DNA of 64,000 nucleotides from Moniliella sp. 'wahieum' (Eukaryota). The notes under the pieces were generated by a model. That model had not been told where the DNA came from. It was given only the letters and a program-made list of their open reading frames with translations, and ran no database searches. The position numbers and the translations under genes are program-made. The stretch covers positions 124,001-188,000 of the forward strand of contig RSEE01000105.1 of assembly GCA_003971905.1 (NCBI GenBank), given 5' to 3'. Positions within the stretch are counted from its first letter, which is position 1. Every line of letters begins with the position of its first letter. This document shows, in pieces, positions 1 to 11,675 of the stretch.

Positions 1-288
1 CCCACAAGAAAGAGCCCGTAATGGGGGGTTCACAGTTCACAGTTCACACATCAGAGCCTGCGCGCCAAACACAAAACAACTGGAAGTTATGGGAGGGAGA
101 CATGTGTGCATATTTCAATCGAGGAAGACCAGGGGGAAACAAGGCATAGGGGGGGGCAAATGGACAAGTGAGGAAGAAACCTCCGAACAAAAAAGGGAGG
201 AAAGGATATGGCCTAAAGTACAGATGAACTAGAAGTAAAAGGAGAAGCAAGGGGAGGCAAAAGGGGAGGACGGTAGAGGGAACGCGAT

Positions 289-1423
289 CTAAAGCTTGGA
301 CGGGACACGCCGCACAGGTTCGGCCGCCTTGGGGGTCCAAATGTCCTCTGGGTCCGTGCCGTAAGGCGTCATCTGCTCCAGTGCATTGGCAAACACATTG
401 TCCACCAAGCTCTTGAGTGCACGCAGCTCATCAAAGTCGACCGTCGGTGCCTTGAGCCCGCCGCGACGGCCATAGGCATCCTCAATGGACTTGCGCCGCT
501 GCCCGAGCATCGACTTGTACTCCCCCAAGGTCTGCTGGACCAGGTCGAGACGCGAGACGAGGTACTGGTCGTAGAGCTCAAAGTTGTTGGAGCAGTTGCG
601 GATGTTACGGAGGTTGGTAATGTCCTCGGTCGGCCGCTTGGGACGGAAAGAGGTGACCATGGTGATGCGTTCAAACGCATTGTCGCAAGGCAAGGCAGCG
701 TGGTTAATGTACCCACCCTGCATCAGCACACACGATCCCAAGTTGGGACCGATCGCCTTGATCGCCTCGCCATCGCCACGGCGAATCTCCGTTTCACCAC
801 CGACCATGCCTTCACATCGGACAGCATCAGCACGCACACCCAAGGGTAAGCGTCACGGTGGTAGCCCACCACGGGCGCCGTCTTCTCCCCGTTCTTGGAT
901 GCACCGACACGTGCGACTTGGCAAACGGATCGGCGAAGAAAGGGTGTTGATGTACTCGCGACGGTCCCAGCCAGCCGGGACTTGGATGTTGGTGTGGCCC
1001 AGCTCGTAATCAAACACTGGCACCAGCTCTTCTCCGGCAGCTTCGGCAAGCGCAGCCAGGGTAGCCGGGTTGGTCCAAAGTCGTACACGAACTTGGATGC
1101 TTCCGGCGCCATACCGCGCAACTGCGCATGCGGCCCAGCAAGGGTAGACTGCATCATGTGGTGGTCGAGCACGTGGGGTTGGAGGATGGCTGACGCATCG
1201 CCTTCACGCCCTCGTACGAGGCCAGGGGGAAAGGGCCAGCACAGCCCATAGAGACGGGGCCTTGAGACCAGCCAGCGCCAGTTGGTTCATCGTTTGGCGC
1301 TCCTGGTCAAGTGGCTTGGTGTACTGCAAGTGCACGGCAGGGTGAGTGAAGGTTGGCCTCACCGGCCGGGACCGTACACAGGCGCGGCGGAGTAGCGGGC
1401 TGCTGTTGAACAAGAGCGTCCAT
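289..1423 (-). CDS. Fungal Fe(II)/2-oxoglutarate dioxygenase-like protein (frameshifted in assembly)
   Basis: Joined frames give VVGYHRDAYPWVCVLMLSD...MVGGET...GSCVLMQGGYINHAALP...ERITMVTSFRP, i.e. HxD...H...RxTxxxS of the DSBH/2OG fold. ATG at 1423 (MDALVQQQP), stop at 289. Confidence 0.62.
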
Positions 1424-2669
1424 GGCGGAGATTGTGGTGGAAGAAGGGTGCAAGGAGGGAGAGGGAGGTGGAGAAGTGGGCTTAGGCGGCGTGGTGTGGT
1501 AGATAGGTTGTCGACGAGGCAAGAGTGCGTACCGTTTATCCAAGTAGGTGCCTCGGGATAGGCATCAACCTGCGCTGGGGTGGATTATACACTGGCCAGT
1601 TACGCGCTGTCGCTTAGATTAATTGGCCGGGGACAAAGGAACAAGACTGGCGCAGTTCGGTGCTCAGCGTGTAGTGAATGCGGCAGGGGGGCAGTGTATG
1701 CGCGCGGCGACAGCACGGTTGCTGGGAAGCGCTGTGCCGCATCCAGACGCGGACAGACTGGCGCTGTGCGTGGGGGTAGCGAGCAGCGCTGAGGCTCGGC
1801 TGGGAGGCGCAGCAGTAAGGAGTAAGGAGTAAGGATTGGGCTGCGAGGAGAGGCGTGTGATGTGATGCGTGTGATGGAGGCTGCCTTAGCGCGTATGGCT
1901 GCTCCAAGCAGTGTGGGCAAGCGCGTATATGGGCGAGGTCTGACGTAACGGACGCCCCACTCAGCCACTCCGCCGCGCTAACCATCCCGATTAAATCGAG
2001 ATGCACTGGCTGAGTCGACCCGCGGCAACCCGTCCTCGAACTACGCCTCCGTGTCTCGCTTGGCCCGCACAAGGCCGCACACACCGCGTCTGAGATCTCA
2101 TTAATCCTATCGATTCACAGGCAACGTTACCAAGCCACAACCTTTTGGACGCCTCCATTAGTCGTTTTTTCGAGAATACGGGCGCTTAGCGCTTACCAGT
2201 TACGGCGTACTAGCGCCAATTAAAGTATTACCCCACCAGTACATTTATTTTGACGACCAAGAGGGCTCCTCTCTGGTACTCTCCGGTATGGTTATTGTGC
2301 TGAGGCCATATTGCACAGCTTGGGTAACCGCCCCGCCGTCGGAGTCGCTAGTATCATTGATCATTGGGCGGAAAAGCAGCGGAAAGATCTCTCTTGACAG
2401 AGAGAAGAGCATAATTATACGCGCGCGGTGCCAGTAGGCGCTGGGGTATAGAAAGCCCCATCCTGTCGCGTAATTATGATTGCAGGAAAACGACCAAGGG
2501 ATATTAAACAAAAGGAAGCGGTCCGAAGGTTGGCTTCCGCAGCTACGACAGGGGAAGAGTCAGCAGTGGACGCTACTCTGACGGACATGATCATGTGCAA
2601 GCAGGAGGGTGTCCCAAACCAATAGTATAATGCACGAGGAGACCACCGGGCCTACGGCCCGGTCTGCTG

Positions 2670-2770
2670 TGTCGCCACCTTAGCCACCGTTCCCCGGTCC
2701 ACCGTCGCCACCGTAGCCACCGTTCCACCGGCCACCGTTCCACGCTGGAACCCTTCCACGCTGGAAAGAC
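2670..2770. repeat. Degenerate CCACCG(T) short-repeat cluster
   Basis: gtcgccacct tagccaccgt ... tccaccgtcgccaccgtagccaccgttccaccggccaccgttcc. A related inverted copy lies at about 8528-8560. Confidence 0.55.
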
Positions 2771-2954
2771 GAAATAATATCACCGATACGCGCTGGTGGG
2801 TGGCTGGGGACGTGGCACGGGGCATGCTGATGTAAAAGTGCAGCGCTGAGCAATTTTGCGTATGACATTGGGATGGTGGGTAGGGAGCCACGGAATCGTT
2901 TCAGAGACAGATTCCGGATGAGGTAGGTTTCATGCCCAGCATGAGCGGTCCCCT

Positions 2955-3200
2955 GCCTGATGATGGGGGTCGCCGTGGGGCTTTTAAGGGATACCATCCC
3001 TTGGATCGGAAAGGTCGATTCACGGGATGTTATTCGTGCTTGGGCTTGTTGGTGAATCATAACGGGGCTAGTAGGGACAGGGAGAGGCCTCTCGGAGCAG
3101 AAACGGCTGCTGCTTGTGTGACAACACTTGCATAGGCTCGGGCTTGGGTAGCAGTGACGTGTCTCAAGTCATCAGTACTCTCGCGGACAGGAAACGAAGC
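2955..3200 (+). mobile_element. Degenerate fragment of the LTR-like repeat family
   Basis: ttaagggataccatcccttgg...cttgggcttgttggtg...tagggacagggagaggcctctcgg...ggcttggg..gcagt..cgtgtct aligns with about 4185-4370. Confidence 0.65.
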
Positions 3201-3688
3201 AGGGGAGGTGACACCGCTGCCCAAACTTGGACTGGAGTGGGAACCAGAATTGGAAAGATGGCGAGACCGCAAGATGCGAAACTGGAAGATCCACGGATTG
3301 GATTGTGGATCCGAAAGCTAGTATATAGTCATCGCTAGTCACGCGCTTCATGGCCACACAGGCATATTGGCGCGCTGGCATCATCGCTAGCTGACCGGCA
3401 CTTTCCTATTTCCTCTCGTGGCACGGCGCGAAATCCCACCAAGTCGAGAACCGCTTCCGTCTCAGAGAAAATACGCATGTGTGGATGTACGAGAGACAGT
3501 GTTAGTAGGGGGGTAGAAGATGCAAGTGAAAGACTCAACGTCATGTCAACAGTTTCTGTAGTTCGAGACGAGCATTACGCTCATACCTCCTGTGGTTCGT
3601 TATTGCGCAGGGGACCACCACAAATCGCGAGGACGATTTCTGGATTCAATAAAAGCGGGAGCTGTGGATAACCCCACAGATATCCAAG

Positions 3689-3769
3689 GGATGGCTGGCG
3701 CAATGGTAGCGCGTCTGACTACGATGAAAAGTAATCAGGAGGTTGCAGGTTCGACCCCTGCGTCGTTCG
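3689..3769 (+). tRNA. tRNA-Arg(ACG) with 9-nt intron (3725-3733)
   Basis: Acceptor stem GGATGGC/GTCGTTC, D-arm TGGCGCAATGGTAGCGC, anticodon arm TCTGA-CT-ACG-A[tgaaaagta]A-TCAGG, T-arm GCAGG-TTCGACC-CCTGC. Length is 72 nt after splicing. Confidence 0.9.
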
Positions 3770-3791
3770 ATCCGACACGCTTTGGGTCCCA

Positions 3792-3797
3792 TTTTTT
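3792..3797 (+). terminator. RNA polymerase III oligo-T terminator
   Basis: T6 tract 23 nt downstream of the tRNA 3' end. Confidence 0.65.
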
Positions 3798-4144
3798 GGT
3801 GGTATAGGTCCATTCGCCACGCGTCGCGTGCCAATAACACGGGCGCGTGTGAAAAATTGAAATATGGGTATAGCTTTGCATCTCTGACAGGTTATTCCTC
3901 GCTGAAGAATTGAACGAGACAGCGTGTGCTGGAGTTTTTGTACGGCACAGTATCTTTCTCCTATCAATCTTGGCTTCCGTTGCGGCCATATCAAAGTAGA
4001 ATCAATTAGCATGGCAGTGGATCTGCTTGTTCTGCACCATTGACCATCGATATGAGAGCTGGTCAGCCTCCTGTGTGCTTGTTGTTTCCTGTTTCCTACA
4101 TGCATGTTCGCCACAGCTCGTTAATAATCCAAAACGACAAGCAC

Positions 4145-6418
4145 TGTCATAGGCGGGGCGCCGCCAGGGGGCCCGCCCCGGGGGGGTTTAAGGGGTACAA
4201 TCCCTTGGGGTCCTAAGGACGACTCACGGTAGTTACGGGCTTGGGCTGGTTGGTGGGTCCGCTGCGGAGCTAGGGACAAGGAGAGGCCTCTCGGCGTATA
4301 GCAGAGGCGGCTGCAAGTGTGGCAAGGCTGCGCAGCACCGGCTTGGGCGGCAGTAGCGTGTCTGAAGCCTTCGGGCTCAGGGAAGGGGAAGGCAGCAGAG
4401 GACCGATGCTGCTAGACTGAGGCTGGGCTGAGACTGGGAGCGGCGTGGCGAAGGACAGTATCACACGCGGCTTAACTGGGCGGGACCGAGGCGCGGCACG
4501 AGGAGGGCTCACGCGGACTAGGTGAACTGAGTACTGAGTACTGAGTGCTGAGGACGAGGACGAGGGCTGGCGATCTACGCCGGGAGTCGAAAGGCGACTA
4601 AGAGCGGGAGGAGTTGCCTGTACTGAATCAATTGGCGAGGAGAAGCGGGCAGGGGGTGAAGGGGTGAACAGGCGAGGAGGCAAGGGTGGAGGACAAGGCG
4701 AAAGACAAGAGGACAAGGGGACAAGGTTGACGAAGATGGACCGTGGGGGAAAGCCACGAACCATTCCTAACAGGCAGGGGGACTAAAAGGGAAACAAGGC
4801 AACAGAGGGAGAAAGGGGAACAGGGGAGAACAGGGGACAGGTGCCGCACGGACAGCCTAGAAAGGTAAGGGAAACAGGCATGGGGCGACTAACGTCGCTA
4901 TCAGACACAGAGAAGTAAGATCAACAAGCACGGGGCGACTAGCGTCGCAAGAAACACAACGGGGGGAGCGGAGAACGACGAAACTGAGAGGTTCTCAATT
5001 CACTGAGGCGGAAGACGAGAAGGCGACTATTGTCGCTGGATACGTAGACTTGATAATCGCGCTGGCAGTCGAGCCAGCCACGCGGTGGACTTGGAAAAAG
5101 ACTTGGGAGCGGGCTCTTTGATCAGATAGAGCAGACAGGCCTCAGCTTGCAAATCGGATCAGGTCGGATCCGAACCATTGACCAACTGGGACGGGGTTAG
5201 GATGCCAGCGAAAGGCGCACGCCGGCGCCGCCGGGCTTGCCATCCCGCCTTGGCCCGTGACAAGCACGGACATGTGCGCTCCCGCAGGGTACGCAGAAAA
5301 ACGAGGACAAGAACCTTTTGATATGTAGTCGAAGATGAAGCTAAGGTACATGGATGCAACGTTAAAGGATGCGTGCGGGGTTGATGCGCGCTGTTGGCGC
5401 TGAAATAGATGCAACGGCTGTTGTGCAACTCAATACCGGGGGTAACGACACTACGGTGATGCAGACAGGGTGGGTTGTACGACTAAAAGTGCTCCGGCAT
5501 CGACACACGGGGAGGGGAAAAGGCGAGAAAGAAATAAGCTGGACAGGCATACTATTGGTGGCTGGTGTAGCCCCGCTCTGTTATCGACTAGATACCACTG
5601 CTCAAGCTGTGCCACAAAGACGCATCGTACGTCTGTTACTGCCCGCCGACCATCGTGGCAGAATAGCATCCACTGCTTTGTGACGGGGGGTGGCTGGCTC
5701 CCCAGGCGGAGACCTTCCCTGCCCATCGGAGACGGTACTCACGGAGGACTGAACGCGTTTCAGATCCAAAGTCCAAGGCTCACTGGCGTGAACGAAGGAG
5801 GGTCGTGAGTGATGCTTTGCGGTGCGTCGAGCAGAGCCTGAGCAGCGGTCTGCAAGCAGAGGTTGCGTGTGTAGGGGCTGACGCGAAAGCGGTGTGCTCC
5901 GATGGGCGAGGGAGGGCGAGCGATCTGAGCGAGAGGTGTTCCTTCTAAAATTGGAGAGCCCAGAAGAAGGGTAAAGGGGAAAGAATGGTCGGCGGCTTGG
6001 GCCATCATCATTGGATCTAAGAACAGGCAGGTTTTATGGAGAGAGAGGGAGCAAGGCCAGACCAAGAGGTCTACAGAGTAAAAGGGGAAACGAGTCAAAT
6101 GGAAGGAAAGAGGACCAAGCGCGAGAGCGACGAGGCGAGAGACGAGACGAGGGTCAAGGGCAAAATGGACCCGAGGCGAGAAAGGAGGCGAGAAACCGAG
6201 TCAAGAAACCATGTGTTGTTTTGGATTTTCGACGAGCGCGAGCGGAGAAACCAAGATAGTTGTGGGTTTTGTTGATAGGAAGACGATCCGAGTCAAGATA
6301 GCGAAAGAGAAGAAAACGAGTCGAGATAGACGAGATAGGGAAAGAAGCCGAGAAGCGATAGAGACGATAAGGAAGTGGGGGCGGTTGTACAAGGTGGCTC
6401 AGACGTCGCCCCGTGACA
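4145..6418 (+). mobile_element. LTR-like / non-autonomous element, about 2.3 kb
   Basis: Begins TGTCATAGGCGGGGCG and ends CGCCCCGTGACA (TG...CA, imperfect terminal inverted repeat). Its first ~700 bp match five other places in the window. No gag/pol ORF or clean target-site duplication was seen. Confidence 0.6.
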
Positions 6419-6496
6419 CACTTGTTATGACAACCATCAAGGAATCTAGAATCTTGCGCGTAGCGGCGGTAATGTTCTCTGTACTCAAGATACTGC

Positions 6497-7957
6497 TCAA
6501 AAGCCCAGATTGATCGATCCTACCCCAGCCGACAGCTCCGCATGAGCGGGAAGATATCTACCTTCGGGCGAGTTGAGTGGGTGTGAGGTAAAAAAGACAG
6601 AGCCCGTATAGCTCTCACCCGGTACAACGCTCTGGTGGTTCAACGACCAGTCGCGCTCGCCCCGATTATGCCTCCACGAAAGGTTCACTGAGCCCGTCTT
6701 GGCTGTTGCCTTGACCAGCCCGGCGAAAGACTCATTGTACGTCACATTCACTGAGCCCACATCGGAATGGATCTGGGATGACCAATCCTGTGCCAAAGTG
6801 CCAGTGGGGTCCCGCCTTTCGCGCCCAAACTTGTCTTTGAAGGTAATCTGAACTTGTCCCGTATGCGCCACAGCGCCTACCTACACTTTTAACCATTTAT
6901 CTTCCCAGAAGCTCACGGGCGTTCCATGGCCAAGTATGATCGAACCGTTGTCCGTATCGACGGAGAGATGATTGGCCACGACTTGTCCGTGCACCTCGAT
7001 CGTTCCCAGGTTGGACACGAGCTTGGCAATGGGTGCATAGATCGAGGCGAGGCCAATGCTGCCTTTGTCGAACAAGAACTGAGCCGAGACAATGGAATGC
7101 ATGGCGTTTCCGTTGATTGACCCCAGTTTGGACTCAATCACCATATTCCGTGCGTTGAGGGCTTGCTGGAACAAAAGCGAGCCCGTCTCGGACACGATAC
7201 GTATATATTTAGCCGTAGGATTGACTCCCGTGAAAGTAACGCTACCGACCGTTGCATGAACGTCGATCACGTCTGCAGTAACCCCAGATCGGCTGAGGAG
7301 ACCGAGCCTTCATCTGAAAGGATATCGAGGGTGCCTAGCGCCCCCTCGGCACGGGGAGACGCGCCTTGACCGTAGCTGCGATCTTGGGCTTGAGCGCAGG
7401 GAAAGAAGTATGCGGGTCCGAGTAAACCCCAATCCTAATCCAACCCTTTTGGGTTTGCAGCCGCACCACCCGCAGCTCCTCCTCCAGCGTCGCCTCCGTA
7501 TCCGCCCACGCTTCAACGTCCACAAAGGTCTTACCGGACCAGCCTGTTCCGGGTCCCGTTCCGACCATGTCAATGTTCGTTGTGTGTCGCTTACCAAGAG
7601 AATGGATAGACAGCCCCTTGCTCGTCTTGTCGGAGGGGAGCAGCTCAAAGGTGGCCCTGCGCACAACGGGCTGGTGGGGCCAGAAACCCTTGCGCTCAAT
7701 AGGGCTCCAGGAGGCTTCGGAAACGAGAATGCCCTCGGACGCAGGTACGTCGCTTGGCAGCGGACGCGTTGCTGTCGAAATTGAGCATGATGTGTGCAGA
7801 GTAGTGATGGTGGGAGGGATGATCGTGACGAGCCCATGCCGGTTAAATGTGGATCGCTGCCACCAACCCAAGCCGAGGACCTCAGAAACACGTGGATGCG
7901 GCAACGTGCGACTCGCTGCTGTCAAATATCAGCCTCCGCATCGCGTGGCGCGTCCAT
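6497..7957 (-). CDS. DUF4097 / putative adhesin-like beta-strand repeat protein (frameshifted)
   Basis: Three consecutive minus-strand ORFs carry about 10 xxG[ST][IVL] turns: ATVGSV, SETGSL, SKLGSI, FDKGSI, SNLGTI, TDNGSI, SDVGSV, AKTGSV, AGVGSI. The start (ATG at 7957) is inferred. Confidence 0.62.
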
Positions 7958-8972
7958 ATCAATGGGAACCAGCCGGCTGGCCTCAGGGTTCACTCTTTCA
8001 TTATTCCAACGGGGCCATCTGTGCGCTCAGTGAGCTGAGCCGCTGAAGGATAACATTGTTAGAGGGTAGTGGTAGGATTCTCCTGCACGGCCTTCAATGG
8101 ATCGGTGACGCTCGCTTAGCCGGAAACCATGGAATATTGAACGATGTCGATGATTGACCTGATCGCAAGATACCGCGACATGGTTGGCATCGGGCTTCCA
8201 AAGCCAGGTACCAGGTACGATCAGCCCCGGTACGTGGCCTGAACGGCCTGAGGCCTGACGCCTGACGCGGCCTGACGCTTGAAAAGGTTGAACACGTTGA
8301 ACGTTGAACATGAGTCCGTCGGTATAACCGGTAACCACAGGAGCCGGCAATAAAACACGTAAAACCTCCGCATCCGGATGATGCTCATCGATCATCACGC
8401 ATCGTGTATCATGCATCATGCACCCAGTGACGTCATAGGGCAGCTTGGCGTTGCTTATTGAAGCTATTGGAGCTTGAAGCTTGAAGAACAACAGAGCAAC
8501 TATAATGCTTGTGACGCGGGCATGCTGCGACGGTGGAACGGTGGCCCAGGTGGCGACGGGATGGAGCGGGAGACGAGCTGGGGAAAGGGTTGTATGGAAC
8601 GGTGAAGGAGGGGGCAAAGATGGTCGCAGATCGTCGCCATCAGCACGAGAACAGAGGCTGCACAGACCGGGGGCCGCGTAAGCCCGGGGGGTCCCTTCCC
8701 GTAATACGTAAATTGGATTGCACTGCCCATTCATGCCTTGGCCCAACAGGTGACTCGTCAGTGACGGACGACGCCTGCGGAAGACTGCGCAGACGAAGAG
8801 ACAGAATGGGAGATCGCCACCGTTTCCCATCAACCTCACTATATATTTTTCCTCTCTCTCTCGTCTCTATCTTGGGGGTCTATATATCTCTCTCATCGCC
8901 CACGCCCCCATCCATTTACATGCCACCCCCCTCCACCATTCTGCCCCCAATCACTTGGACCCGCAGCCGCCC

Positions 8973-9932
8973 ATGAGCAACTCCGGTTCTGATTCTCAGC
9001 ATCACCATGCGTCGCTGACATGGCTGGCATGTACGCCGTCCCCCAAACACTTTATCTGTTCTCCACAGTGTCCAAACCTGCTGCTAACTCTCGCTGCATT
9101 ACACTTCGTCAGATCTGTTTATCCCCCGATGTGGTTGGCGCTATTTGGAATGTTCGCGTGGATTTGGACCTGTTCGAATTGGTGGGAAGATCTCCCTCCA
9201 AGAGGGCCAATTAGAATAAGCTGGGGCGGATGGTGGAGCAATATGCCGTCTATTGTTTCACCACTAAGGAGAATGGTACGTCGGAGACGTCCACATCCTC
9301 TTCCAGCAGGGAAGAGAAGGCCGACAAGTACTAACACACCCCCTTTTTATATTTCTTCTCTGCTGTTGTGTTATGATCCCCAGACGACAAATGTCGGCTC
9401 GTTCCTCGCCAATCCCCGCCTAATGCACAAGCGCAAATCCAGCCTCCCTTCGCCTGACGATGAGGAGAGCAATCCCCAACCAACTATTCCAGGCTCTGCC
9501 GCCAATCCTTCCGTGCTCACCACCTTTTTCAAGTGGAAGAAACCCGCTTATTTTTCCCACATGCGGAACCAACCTCCATCTGGCGCTACCTCAGAGTCAG
9601 CGCTGCTTCACTCAGACTCGGGCAAGAGGCGCAATCGAACCATCCGTTCTCTCTTTACCGCCCATGTCCATTCCTCTCCGATCCCCCCGCATCTTAAAGT
9701 AGCGGACGAGCCGCCGCAACTGCCTCACATCCATGAACTGTTGCAGCGCCCATTGCAAGTCACGGAGTCCTCCATTCCCCCGCTCCCGCCGGCGTACATG
9801 CCTCACACGTTGCCACCCTATGTTCCCCGGACTTCTTCTCCACCCCCGCCACCAACGTATGACCCCTACCCCGTTGCGTCATCGTCCTACGCCCCTCGGA
9901 CGTCGACTTCGGCTTCTTCTGCGTCACTTTAG
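8973..9932 (+). CDS. Orphan Pro/Ser-rich protein, paralog A (probable introns)
   Basis: Two GTACG...CTAAC...CAG intron signatures. Shares KW(K/R)xPAYFSH and HxKVxxxPPQLP..EL..L.VTE....PAY with the ORF at 11199-11675. Confidence 0.5.
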   Translation: MSNSGSDSQHHHASLTWLACTPSPKHFICSPQCPNLLLTLAALHFVRSVYPPMWLALFGMFAWIWTCSNWWEDLPPRGPIRISWGGWWSNMPSIVSPLRRMVRRRRPHPLPAGKRRPTSTNTPPFYISSLLLCYDPQTTNVGSFLANPRLMHKRKSSLPSPDDEESNPQPTIPGSAANPSVLTTFFKWKKPAYFSHMRNQPPSGATSESALLHSDSGKRRNRTIRSLFTAHVHSSPIPPHLKVADEPPQLPHIHELLQRPLQVTESSIPPLPPAYMPHTLPPYVPRTSSPPPPPTYDPYPVASSSYAPRTSTSASSASL

Positions 9933-10828
9933 ACCACTGATGACTCGCCAATCTGTGGGCATCCCAACGAGACTAGCCAACCCCATCAGGCAGATGATGT
10001 GGTATTTATACGCATGCTCCTCATCTCTCTCTCCATATCATGTGCAAACTCGCAGTATGAAAAAAATAGGTATAGGATGCACAATGCGTCGTCTTCAATT
10101 CAGACTTTTGGAAGGTAATTATAGCATCCATCACAGATCAACGACATATATCAACAACATATATATGGCCTTGTATCAGTGGCTCGGTCCGGTATAACTT
10201 TCTACCGGGCCCCGGTTCGTATACGTACTGTTCATACCGCAGATCTCAGTGATCTCACCATTTGTACTCTCGGAATAATAAACGACTGGCACAAATATCT
10301 AAATGTAGTTAAACATACACGAAAAAAGCTTCCTTGTTCCTGCATCCTGTCGTACTTCCCTTTGAATAGTCCCTGTCTCTGTCCACATGATGCCTGATGC
10401 ATGATCGCCTCTGAAAAGCTATGCAATGAAACCAGTAAACTGCGTGACGAGTATCGTCTTGGCAATAAACGCCGAGACCCTTGATCCCATCGCGCTGTGG
10501 CGTCGCGACCAGGGACACACAGGGGCGATAACTATCCCATTAATTTGTGGCACTGCGGCCGCCGTCTCTTTCTCCTGCATGCGGCGGGCAGCCCACTTGT
10601 CGTCCCCCAAAGCGCGATATATATACGACGACACGCGATACCCCCCAATGGGTACATGTGCTCATCGTCGCTGGACTTGCGTATATCGACACCTTTTTCG
10701 ATCGAAAAGCGCATTCCCCCTCCTTTCCACCTACCACCTCACTAGCGCCAACACACCCGACTTACTTCCCGTGCTCGCATCCACGCATACCTCTGTTCTA
10801 CTTTGTGTGCTTTTCCCCTTCCTTTCAC

Positions 10829-11675
10829 ATGAATGCGCCCCTGTTCCCGCGGGACGGCACCGGCCATCATGCAAAAAAAGGCAAAGACAATAGCTGGTGG
10901 CCCCTCCTCTTAAGTACGTCGTTCTCCTACCTTTTACTGCGCATCTCTCCCCATCTCATCTTCCTACTAACCACAACACACCTTCAATATCTCGAGAACA
11001 GTCCCTATCGTCCCAATTACTGGGGGAGTACGGGGGAGTACTGGGAACGTTATTAGCCATGCTGTGCATGACCGCGCGCCCTCGTCTCAGCATATGGATG
11101 CGCAGAAAGTGGAGAAGGATGACTACATTGTTTCGCCAAAGGGTGAGATTAATATCCTCCACTGTGCCTTCCCCACCTCCAGTTGATATGATCGAAGATT
11201 GACCACCAGCGCCCCAATCTCTTTTTGGTTTGTTTGTCTCTGGCCTAAACACGATCGCCCCACCCAGCCCAAGTACAATTTTTCCGGCCTTGGAGAGCCT
11301 GACGAAGACGTGGAGAGCAACCCCCGGTCATCCACCCACACTGTCTCCTCCATTCCTATGGCCCCCATCTCCAAATGGAGGCCTGCCTACTTTTCCCACG
11401 TGCCACGTAAATCCTCCTCTGCGACCGCCACCTCGGACCAGACGCTCGCCATCGACGCCATCTGGGGTAAGGTGCTCAGTCCTACCGCCTCCACCACCAC
11501 CGCCTATTCCCATACCTCTTCGCTCTCCTCCCACGTTAAGGTAGAGGGAAACCCGCCCCAACTGCCTCAGCTGCAGGAGCTTCCAGAGCTGACGTTGCCA
11601 GTAACGGAACCCACCCTTGCCACGCCCGAGCCTGCATATACCTCCCACCCCTGGCTCCGCCCCCTTCCCCCCTGA
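10829..11675 (+). CDS. Orphan Pro/Ser-rich protein, paralog B (probable introns)
   Basis: MNAPLFPRDG...WWPLLL is followed by a GTACGT...CTAAC...CAG intron. The C-terminal exon is homologous to paralog A (KWRPAYFSH, HVKVEGNPPQLPQLQEL, PEPAY). Confidence 0.5.
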
